Source: Candidatus Faecalibacterium intestinavium
Lineage (GTDB): Bacteria > Bacillota > Clostridia > Oscillospirales > Ruminococcaceae
NCBI GenBank assembly: GCA_018883885.1
Contig: JAHLFH010000012.1
Span: 45,064 to 109,063, forward strand
Direction of reading: 5' to 3'
DNA length: 64,000 bases
The notes below the pieces were generated by a model. It was given only the letters and a program-made list of their open reading frames with translations. It searched no databases and was not told where the DNA came from. This document shows positions 31,561 through 39,219 of this stretch, piece after piece. The translations under genes were made by a program, and so were the position numbers. Positions within the stretch are counted from its first letter, which is position 1. Every line of letters begins with the position of its first letter.

Positions 31561-33003
31561 ATGAAAAAAGCTGCAAAATTTTCTGTATTGAAAACCAATC
31601 GAATCTTCCGGAGCGGCCTGATCTCAAGCGCACTCCTGGCCGCTGCCGTAGGGCTGGCCGTTCTGGTCAACCTGGGAATTCGTCTTCTGCCCGCCAGCTA
31701 TACGGAATTCGACCTTTCAGAGGACGGGCTCTACACGCTGAGCGATTCATCCATCCAATTGGCCCGGGAGCTTCCGGATGACGTGACCCTTTACTATCTG
31801 TGCGAAACCGGAAACGAAGACGCCATCATCACCCGGCTTCTGGATCAATATGCTGCCGCCGGCAGCCGCTTCTCCTGGCAGCTCAAAGACCCGGCAGTAT
31901 ATCCCACCTTTGCCGCCCAATACGGCGCTCAGGAGTCTTCCTCCGGCAGCCTCATTCTGGTAAGCGGGGAGAGCAGCATCGTTCTGGATGCGGCGGACCT
32001 ATACGAATACGATTACACAGATTACTACTATACCGGCACATACAGCGTCGACTTTGCAGGGGAAAGCCGGATCAGCTCCGCGCTCTACCGGCTGACCAGC
32101 GGTGAGGCCAGCGCCGTTTACTATACGACCAACCATGGAGAACTGACGCTGACCGAAAGCCTTGCGGATGCGCTGGAAGCGCAGAACATCTCAGCGCAGG
32201 GGCTGAACCTTTTGAGCAGCGGAATTCCGGAGGACTGTGAGCTGCTCATCATAAACTGTCCGTCGGTTGATTTCGCAGGCGAAGAAGGGCTTGTGAACGA
32301 GATTGCTGTTTTGAACGAATATCTTGAAGCAGGGGGCCGGCTTATGGTGGTGACCGACGCCTATTACAGCACCCCCCGTCTGGACGAGATTCTGGCTCAG
32401 TTTGGAATGACCCGAATAGAAGGACTGGTTGTGGAAGGAAATGACAATTACAGCCTGTTCGGCTATCCCTACTATCTGCTGCCGGACTACTCCTATCCGG
32501 TCGAGAGCACGGCGCTGTCCGGCCTGGATACCAGCAAGCCGGTCCTGCTTCAGATGGCACAGGGCATTCAGCTGACCGAGACGGACGGCATCGTCTCTGA
32601 ATCTCTGCTCACCACCTCTGATTCTGCATACAGCAAGGCGGCCGGATATGAGATGACCACTGTGGAAAAAGAGGAGGGAGACCTGGACGGGCCGTTCACC
32701 CTGGCCGCCTACGCGCGGAACGAGGATACCGGTGCAGAGGTAATTTGGATCGGAAGCTCCAACATGGACAACGAAACCGTCTACCTGAGCGTTCCCGGCA
32801 ACTGTGATTTTCTTCTGGGCTGCGCAGCATCCCTGACCGGACAATCCAGCTCGCTCCTGATTGAGTCCAAGGCGCTGGAAGCGGATCAGCTTACCCTCTC
32901 CGGGTCGACCGTTTCCGCACTGGGGGCGGTATTTGTGCTCCTTATCCCGGCGGGCGTGCTCGCTGCGGGAGCTGTGGTCACCATCCGGCGGCGCAGAAGA
33001 TAA
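31561..33003 (+). CDS. GldG-family ABC transporter auxiliary component
   Basis: N-terminal TM, DLSEDGLYTLS, YTTNHGE, C-terminal TM plus RRRRR. Confidence 0.8.
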   Translation: MKKAAKFSVLKTNRIFRSGLISSALLAAAVGLAVLVNLGIRLLPASYTEFDLSEDGLYTLSDSSIQLARELPDDVTLYYLCETGNEDAIITRLLDQYAAAGSRFSWQLKDPAVYPTFAAQYGAQESSSGSLILVSGESSIVLDAADLYEYDYTDYYYTGTYSVDFAGESRISSALYRLTSGEASAVYYTTNHGELTLTESLADALEAQNISAQGLNLLSSGIPEDCELLIINCPSVDFAGEEGLVNEIAVLNEYLEAGGRLMVVTDAYYSTPRLDEILAQFGMTRIEGLVVEGNDNYSLFGYPYYLLPDYSYPVESTALSGLDTSKPVLLQMAQGIQLTETDGIVSESLLTTSDSAYSKAAGYEMTTVEKEEGDLDGPFTLAAYARNEDTGAEVIWIGSSNMDNETVYLSVPGNCDFLLGCAASLTGQSSSLLIESKALEADQLTLSGSTVSALGAVFVLLIPAGVLAAGAVVTIRRRRR

Positions 33004-33014
33004 AGAACAGCAAG

Positions 33015-33054
33015 GTCCCGGCGCAGTCCAAGGCTGCCCGGGATTTTTTTGTTT
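33015..33054 (+). terminator. Terminator of the gld-like operon
   Basis: TCCCGG..GCAG/CTGC..CCGGGA plus T run. Confidence 0.7.
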
Positions 33055-33139
33055 CCCGGCGGGAGAATATAAAGAAAAAGCCATCTGCGGAACGGTTGTT
33101 TTTTCCAGGCCTGCAAGGGGAGAGACGCCGCGCTTGCAA

Positions 33140-33193
33140 TTGACATTTGCGCAAGGATTGTTTAAGATAAACATTATGGGGTATTTTGTCGAA
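33140..33193 (+). promoter_or_regulatory. SigA promoter of potABCD with downstream 0A box
   Basis: TTGACA-N17-TAAGAT; TGTCGAA at 33187-33193. Confidence 0.65.
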
Positions 33194-33274
33194 CCGCAGA
33201 ACGGATCTTGGCAGAGCCCAGGGCACAGCGGGTACCCTCTGCGCCAGCTGAACTTAGGGAGGTAAAAAACAACA

Positions 33275-34321
33275 ATGGATAATTCGGTGATCGTTTCCCT
33301 GCGGGATATCGTGGTGGAGTTTGACGGCCAGCGGATCCTTGACGGGCTGAATCTGGATATCCACGACAAAGAATTTGTCACGCTGCTGGGGTCCTCCGGC
33401 TGCGGCAAGACCACCACACTGCGCCTGATCGCAGGCTTTCTGGAACCCAACGCGGGCACGGTCAGCCTGCACGGAAAGGATATCACCGGGCTGCCGCCGT
33501 ACCGTCGGCCGGTGAATACGGTTTTCCAAAAATATGCGCTTTTTCCGCACCTGAATGTGTTTGAAAATGTCGCGTTTGGACTGCGGCTGAAAAAGATGGA
33601 TGAAAGCGCGATCCGCGCCAAGGTCCGGAATATGCTGGAGGTCGTCGGCCTGAAGGGATTTGAACGCCGCAGCATCGGTCAGATGTCCGGCGGCCAGCAG
33701 CAGCGCGTCGCCATCGCCAGAAGTCTGGTCAACGAGCCGGAGATCCTTCTCCTGGACGAGCCTCTGGGTGCGCTGGACCTGAAGCTCCGCAAGGAAATGC
33801 AGCTTGAGCTGAAGCGGCTGCAGCGGGAGATGAACATCACCTTTATTTATGTCACCCACGACCAGGAAGAAGCTCTGACCATGTCGGACACGGTGGTGGT
33901 CATGAACGGCGGCCGGATCCAGCAGGTGGGCACCCCCCAGGAAATCTACAACGAGCCCAAAAACGCCTTTGTTGCGGATTTCATCGGCGATTCCAATATC
34001 ATTGACGGCGTCATGCACCGTGATTTCCTTGTTTCCTTTGCGGGCACCGAGTTTCCCTGCGTGGACAGAGGCTTCAAGCCGGAGCAGAGCGTCCAGGTGG
34101 TCGTTCGCCCCGAGGATATTGAGGTTGTCACCCCGCTGGAAGGCCAGCTGACCGGTGTGGTCAATGAAGTGATTTTCAAGGGCGTCCATTTTGAGATGCA
34201 CGTTGACTGTGACGGGCGGGAATGGCTTATTCATTCCACCCGGGCCTGTTCTCCCGGAGAGACGATCGGAATGCGGATCGGCCCCAATGAAATTCACATC
34301 ATGGCGCGTTCAGAGGGGTGA
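33275..34321 (+). CDS. potA: Spermidine/putrescine ABC transporter ATPase
   Basis: GSSGCGKTT, RPVNTVFQKYALFPH, MSGGQQQR, TOBE-like C-terminus. Confidence 0.95.
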   Translation: MDNSVIVSLRDIVVEFDGQRILDGLNLDIHDKEFVTLLGSSGCGKTTTLRLIAGFLEPNAGTVSLHGKDITGLPPYRRPVNTVFQKYALFPHLNVFENVAFGLRLKKMDESAIRAKVRNMLEVVGLKGFERRSIGQMSGGQQQRVAIARSLVNEPEILLLDEPLGALDLKLRKEMQLELKRLQREMNITFIYVTHDQEEALTMSDTVVVMNGGRIQQVGTPQEIYNEPKNAFVADFIGDSNIIDGVMHRDFLVSFAGTEFPCVDRGFKPEQSVQVVVRPEDIEVVTPLEGQLTGVVNEVIFKGVHFEMHVDCDGREWLIHSTRACSPGETIGMRIGPNEIHIMARSEG

Positions 34322-34327
34322 CACAGG

Positions 34328-35143
34328 ATGAAAATTTACGATAAAAAGCTGGCTTATCCGTACTTTGTCTGGATGATCCTCTTTACTGTCATCCCTTTGC
34401 TGATCGTCATTTATTATGCATTGACCGATGGGGACGGAAACTTCACTTTGCAAAATCTGCTGTCCATCAGCGGATATGGCTCGGTTTTTGCCCGCAGCCT
34501 GCTGCTTGCCCTGATCGCTACGGTCATCTGCCTTGTTCTGGCTTTCCCGGTGGGATATTTTTTGTCCCGTCTGCGGGTCAACAAGCAGCATATCATGCTG
34601 ATGCTTGTCATGCTGCCCATGTGGATGAACTTCCTGCTGCGCACCTACGCCTGGATGGGGATGCTCAGCGTCAACGGCCCCATCAACGCGATTCTCGGCT
34701 TTTTTGGCCTTGGCCCCTATACCATGCTGAACACCTCGGGCGCGGTGGTTCTCGGCATGGTGTATAACTATGTGCCCTATATGATCCTGCCCCTCTATAC
34801 CAGCATGACCAAAATTGACCAGAGCATCGTCGAGGCTGCGCAGGATCTGGGCGCCAACACAACCAAAACGGTTCTGCGGGTCCTCATCCCGATGAGCGTG
34901 CCCGGCATCTGCACCGGTATCACCATGGTGTTTGTCCCGGCGGTCTCCACCTTTGTCATCAGCCGGATGCTGGGCGGCGGATCGAACCTTCTGATCGGCG
35001 ATCTGATCGAGATGCAGTTCCTGGGCAACAGCTATAACCTCAACACCGGCTCTGCCATGAGTCTGGTTCTGATGATTATTGTTCTGCTCTGCATGAGCTT
35101 TACTTCCAGCTTTGACGAGGATGAAATGGAGGGTGTGTCCTGA
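34328..35143 (+). CDS. potB: Spermidine/putrescine ABC permease
   Basis: LPMWMNFLLRTYAW, EAAQDLGA. Confidence 0.92.
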   Translation: MKIYDKKLAYPYFVWMILFTVIPLLIVIYYALTDGDGNFTLQNLLSISGYGSVFARSLLLALIATVICLVLAFPVGYFLSRLRVNKQHIMLMLVMLPMWMNFLLRTYAWMGMLSVNGPINAILGFFGLGPYTMLNTSGAVVLGMVYNYVPYMILPLYTSMTKIDQSIVEAAQDLGANTTKTVLRVLIPMSVPGICTGITMVFVPAVSTFVISRMLGGGSNLLIGDLIEMQFLGNSYNLNTGSAMSLVLMIIVLLCMSFTSSFDEDEMEGVS

Positions 35144-35976
35144 TGAAAACGAAGCATCTCCGCCTGCTGCGCAGGGCCTATATCATCCTTTTCTTTGCGT
35201 TCATGTATCTGCCCATTGCCTATATGATCGTGTTCAGCTTCAACCAGAGCAAGGGCTATTCGCTTTTCACCGGCTTTACCCTCAAGTGGTACGCAAGCCT
35301 TTTTTCCAATGCGTCGATTCTCCGGGCCCTCTGGGTCTCCCTTGAGGTGGCGCTTATTTCGGCTGTCATCGCAACGGTCCTCGGCACAGCCGCCGCCCTC
35401 GGCATCGCGTCCATGGGGCGCAAATCGCAGCTGCTCATCACCAATATCACCTATATTCCGGTGGTCAACCCCGAGATCATCACCGGCATTTCCCTGATGC
35501 TGCTGTTTGTGGCTTATCAGAAATTTGCGGTGGGCGCCTCCTGGCTGCCCGATACCATCATGGGCCTGCCCACCCTGCTGATCGCCCATATCGCGTTCAA
35601 TGTTCCGTATGTGATTTTCAACGTCAGCCCCAAGCTCCGGCAGATGGACATCCATCTCTATGAGGCTGCGCTGGACCTGGGCTGCGACCCGAAGCAGGCG
35701 TTCTTCAAGGTGATTCTGCCTGAGATCAGCCCGGCGATCCTCTCCGCTTTCCTGATCTGCCTGACCTATTCCATCGACGATTTCATGATCTCGTATTTTA
35801 ACTGCGGCACAGTGGAAACGCTGCCCATCGCCATCTACTCGATGACCCGCAAAAAGGTCAGCCCGGAAATCTATGCGCTGTCCACCATCATGTTCATTGT
35901 GATTCTGAGTATCATTCTGATTTCCAACACCGCAGAGAGCCGCCGCTATCACAGGAACCAGCATGTGAAGGATTGA
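35143..35976 (+). CDS. potC: Spermidine/putrescine ABC permease
   Basis: YLPI..FSFN, PEIITG, EAALDLG, SIDDF. Confidence 0.92.
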   Translation: MKTKHLRLLRRAYIILFFAFMYLPIAYMIVFSFNQSKGYSLFTGFTLKWYASLFSNASILRALWVSLEVALISAVIATVLGTAAALGIASMGRKSQLLITNITYIPVVNPEIITGISLMLLFVAYQKFAVGASWLPDTIMGLPTLLIAHIAFNVPYVIFNVSPKLRQMDIHLYEAALDLGCDPKQAFFKVILPEISPAILSAFLICLTYSIDDFMISYFNCGTVETLPIAIYSMTRKKVSPEIYALSTIMFIVILSIILISNTAESRRYHRNQHVKD

Positions 35977-35993
35977 GAGGAGAGAGACAAAGG

Positions 35994-37226
35994 ATGAAAC
36001 GCTTTTACGCTTTCCTGCTTGCGCTGGTCATCACGCTGGCATTCCCCCTCGGCGCAGCGGCGCAGGAAACCATCGAGGTCACCGAAGACATCCAGGTTTC
36101 AGCCGATTATGACTGGACCCGTTTTTCCGGAAAAGGAATCACCCTGAACGTTTATAACTGGGGAGAATACATCTCCAACGGTTCCGATGACAGTGTGGAC
36201 ATTGTGGCCGCATTTGAACGCCTGACCGGCATCCAGGTCAACTACACCACATTTGATTCCAACGAGTCGATGTACGCCAAGCTGAAATCCGGCGCGGCCA
36301 GCTACGACGTTATCATTCCGTCGGATTATATGGTGGCAAAAATGATCGACGAGGAAATGCTGCTGCCCCTGGATTACAGCAACATTCCGAACTTTGAACG
36401 GATCAGCGAAGAATACCGTAACCCGGACTATGACCCGGAAAACGCCTACTCGGTGCCCTATATGCTCTGCACCACTGGAATCATCTACAATACCACCATG
36501 GTCGACCAGGCTCCCACCTGCTGGGCGGACCTTTGGGACGAGCAGTATAAGGGAAATATCCTGATGTTCAACAACAGCCGCGACGCCTACGCGATCGCCG
36601 CGTTCAAGCTGAACCGGAGCATCAACCCCGCCTCCACCCAGGAAGTGGACGAAGGCGTGGAAGAACTCAAGCTCCAGAAGCCGCTGGTGCAGGCCTACGT
36701 CATGGATGAGATCTTTGACAAAATGATTGGCGGGGAGGCCGCAATCGGCGTGTATTACTCAGGCGACGCCATCACCATGATTGATGACAACCCCGATCTC
36801 GCATGGGTGTCCCCCGAAGAAGGCAGCGTCCTCTCGGTGGACTGTATGTGCATTCCGGCCACCAGCCAGCAGCAGGAAGCCGCGGAAATGTTCATCAATT
36901 TTATGTGCGAAGTGGATGTCGGCATCGCAAATGCAGAGTACATCGGATATACCACGCCGATGAACGACGTATGGGAGCTGTTGGATGAGGAACTCAAATA
37001 CAGCGAGATTGCCTACCCGTCGGAAGAAATCGCTGCCAAAGAGCAGGTCTTTACCGCTCTGAGCGAGGAAGTCAACAACGAACTGGACCTGAAATGGAGC
37101 GAGATGAAAAGCTACAATGAAGGCGGCAGCGGGTATCTGTTCCTGCTTCTCCTTCTGGCCATGCTGGCCCTGGCCTGTTTCAATATCTGGCGAAAGATCC
37201 GCCGCCGCACCCGGAACAAATACTGA
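35994..37226 (+). CDS. potD: Spermidine/putrescine substrate-binding protein with C-terminal TM anchor
   Basis: VYNWGEYI, FDSNESMYAK, PSDY, YSGDA, PEEGS. Confidence 0.92.
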   Translation: MKRFYAFLLALVITLAFPLGAAAQETIEVTEDIQVSADYDWTRFSGKGITLNVYNWGEYISNGSDDSVDIVAAFERLTGIQVNYTTFDSNESMYAKLKSGAASYDVIIPSDYMVAKMIDEEMLLPLDYSNIPNFERISEEYRNPDYDPENAYSVPYMLCTTGIIYNTTMVDQAPTCWADLWDEQYKGNILMFNNSRDAYAIAAFKLNRSINPASTQEVDEGVEELKLQKPLVQAYVMDEIFDKMIGGEAAIGVYYSGDAITMIDDNPDLAWVSPEEGSVLSVDCMCIPATSQQQEAAEMFINFMCEVDVGIANAEYIGYTTPMNDVWELLDEELKYSEIAYPSEEIAAKEQVFTALSEEVNNELDLKWSEMKSYNEGGSGYLFLLLLLAMLALACFNIWRKIRRRTRNKY

Positions 37227-37294
37227 ATATCTTGAGCAGGCAGGCTGCACGGCATCGGTGCGGTCTGCCTGTTTCGACAGGGAGGTTACGCATT

Positions 37295-38017
37295 ATGGAA
37301 AACTGGATTAAATGGACCGAGGAAATCACCGTCCGGGAGGCCGACGTGGACTTCCGCGGACGGATGAAGCCTTCCGCCCTTCTGCGCTATGCAGAATATA
37401 TGGCCACAGAACATTCCCGCCGGGAGGGGATGCCCGATGAATTCTTCCGCACACACCATCTGGCCTACCTTCTGGGCAAACAGGCGCTCTCCTTTGAGCA
37501 GGTGCCCCAAAAAGGAGACAGGCTGCTGCTGACGACCCTGCCGGAGCAGAGCAGCCGCGGTACAAACAAACGAATTCTTCTTGTACAGGATGCGTCCGGC
37601 AAAACGGTCGCACAGGTGGATGCGCGCTGGATCATGGTGGACACCACCACGGCCCGTATTTTACGCCGTCCGCCGGAGGAAATCGACCGGCACTGGAACG
37701 CGCAGGTACCCTTCGAGCTGCCCCAAACAGTAGAAAAGCCGCCTTTTTTGAACAGCGCCGGGGTCTGGCGTGCCAGTTATTCCCTGTGCGACATCAACGG
37801 CCACATCAACAACGCATGCTATCTCGACATTGCCTGCGACGCGCTTCCGCTGGAGGTCATGCAGCAGGGGCCTGTCCGCTCCGCCGCCGTAAAATACCAC
37901 CGGGAGGTCAAGCTGGGGGAGGAGATGGAGGTCTCCGTCGGACAAACAGAAGATGGCTGGGCTGTAACAGGGCGCAGGGAAGGGTCGGCCGCCTTTGAAC
38001 TGGCCTTCCGATGGTAA
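37295..38017 (+). CDS. Acyl-ACP thioesterase (double hot-dog fold)
   Basis: DVDFRGRMK, DINGHINNACY; GGAGG RBS. Confidence 0.88.
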   Translation: MENWIKWTEEITVREADVDFRGRMKPSALLRYAEYMATEHSRREGMPDEFFRTHHLAYLLGKQALSFEQVPQKGDRLLLTTLPEQSSRGTNKRILLVQDASGKTVAQVDARWIMVDTTTARILRRPPEEIDRHWNAQVPFELPQTVEKPPFLNSAGVWRASYSLCDINGHINNACYLDIACDALPLEVMQQGPVRSAAVKYHREVKLGEEMEVSVGQTEDGWAVTGRREGSAAFELAFRW

Positions 38018-38029
38018 AGGCAGGCAGGG

Positions 38030-38104
38030 TTACAAAAGAATTTCGAATCGATTACAAAATAATTACAAAAACCCCTTGCAAAATTGTATCAAAAGAGTTA
38101 CAAT
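38030..38104 (+). promoter_or_regulatory. SigA promoter with 11-bp-phased TTACAAAA boxes
   Basis: TTACAAAA at 38030, 38052, 38063; TTGCAA (38076)-N17-TACAAT (38099). Confidence 0.75.
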
Positions 38105-38110
38105 ATAGTT

Positions 38111-38286
38111 ACAGCAAGGGAACAGGTTCCCTTGAAACTGTGAAATCTTTTTCTTCTTGTTCAGAGATATTGAGCCCCGGCCGCTCCTCCTCCGGCTGCT
38201 CTCCTTCTCAGCTGAAGGCCGGTGCTACACAGGCAATATCTCGATGTGTGTGCAAAAAAACCCGTCGGTTCCCGGCGGGTTTTTTT
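38111..38286 (+). ncRNA. Candidate trans-acting small RNA with anti-SD loops
   Basis: Own promoter and terminator, no RBS-led ORF, nested stems with unpaired CTCCTCCTC and CTCTCCTTCT. Confidence 0.65.
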
Positions 38287-38287
38287 G
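38253..38287. terminator. Bidirectional intrinsic terminator
   Basis: A7-CCCGTCGG-TTC-CCGGCGGG-T7. Confidence 0.85.
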
Positions 38288-38302
38288 CATGATGCAGATC
38301 GC

Positions 38303-38332
38303 TTGACTTTTGCACTTTCCTATGCTAAAGTG
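38303..38332 (+). promoter_or_regulatory. Promoter of yerC with overlapping palindromic operator
   Basis: TTGACT-N17-TAAAGT; CACTTT-N8-AAAGTG at 38313-38332. Confidence 0.7.
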
Positions 38333-38368
38333 AAAGGGTGAATTTCATCAGCGCCGAGGAGGGTTCAT

Positions 38369-38674
38369 ATGGCAGAAAAAAGGTCCATCAAAAACGAAAT
38401 GACGGACGCATTGTTCGATGCGATCCTGAGCCTGGAAACAAGGGAAGAATGCTACAACTTTTTTGAAGATCTCTGTACGGTGAAGGAGCTTTCCGACATG
38501 GCTCAGCGTCTGGCCGCCGCCAAAATGCTGCTGGACGGATGTACCTACGAACAGATCGTGAAGTCAGCTGAGATCAGCACGGCGACCATCAGCCGGATCA
38601 ACCGCTGCATTCAATATGGGCCGGGCGGATATCGCCAAACCATTGAAAAAAGCCGGAAACAGAGCAAAAAATAA
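38369..38674 (+). CDS. yerC: YerC/YecD (TrpR-family, HisR-like) regulator
   Basis: ECYNFFEDLCTVKE, AQRL, STATISRINRC..YG. Confidence 0.92.
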   Translation: MAEKRSIKNEMTDALFDAILSLETREECYNFFEDLCTVKELSDMAQRLAAAKMLLDGCTYEQIVKSAEISTATISRINRCIQYGPGGYRQTIEKSRKQSKK

Positions 38675-38687
38675 CCCTTTGGGCTGC

Positions 38688-38714
38688 ACATCTTGATTCC
38701 AAGGCGCATACATT
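38688..38714 (+). promoter_or_regulatory. SigK-type promoter
   Basis: ACA-N16-CATACATT. Confidence 0.6.
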
Positions 38715-38750
38715 GGCGTAAACCCACATCCAGAAAGGAAGGTCTACGCT

Positions 38751-39092
38751 ATGACAGTCTCGAATACAAACGGCATGAATCATTCCTGTGTGCCCTGTCC
38801 GGGCTTTGCCTCCAAGTCGATGGACGAGGTGGTCCTCAATCTGCTGGAGAGCATCGCCATGCAGGAAAACGCCTTAAGCCACATTCTCTGCGCGGAAGGC
38901 CAGAAGATGAAAACCGCCATGGAGATGGATGGGCTGGATCTGTGCAAGCTGCTGGAGATCAACGATTCCGCCACCAACATGGTCCACGCTGTGGCAAACC
39001 TGGAGCTGGCGCTCAAGGATAAGCTGGAATTCGTGACCAACAATTTCTGCTATTGCACGCCCTCTGAGGATGAAACCGGAAGCAGCTGCTGA
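38751..39092 (+). CDS. Small Cys-containing hypothetical protein, probably spore-associated
   Basis: LLESIAMQENALSHILCAEGQK motif recalled from spore-former hypotheticals; SigK-like promoter and RBS AAGGAAGG. Confidence 0.6.
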   Translation: MTVSNTNGMNHSCVPCPGFASKSMDEVVLNLLESIAMQENALSHILCAEGQKMKTAMEMDGLDLCKLLEINDSATNMVHAVANLELALKDKLEFVTNNFCYCTPSEDETGSSC

Positions 39093-39110
39093 AAATCTGC
39101 CCGGTGCTGT

Positions 39111-39143
39111 AAAAAACCCGCCCCGCAAGGAGCGGGCTTTTTT
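39111..39143. terminator. Intrinsic terminator
   Basis: A6-CCCGC..GCGGG-C-T6. Confidence 0.75.
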
Positions 39144-39219
39144 GCGTCAACCACTGGGAAAGGGAAGCGGATTGTGGTATACTGTAACCTGATTTACAAA
39201 AAGGGATGGGAAGACTTGA

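Noticed and set aside
33090-33101. LexA box-like GAACGGTTGTTT upstream of potA
   Set aside because: Imperfect single match before a non-SOS operon; no comparable boxes noticed at radA or pcrA.
38111-38286. 6S RNA, SRP RNA or a riboswitch for yerC
   Set aside because: No 5'-3' closing rod with central bubble, no SRP domain IV motif recognised, and yerC has its own promoter after the terminator.
38011-38292. 93-aa ORF across the sRNA locus
   Set aside because: Starts upstream of the promoter, has no RBS and runs through the terminator.
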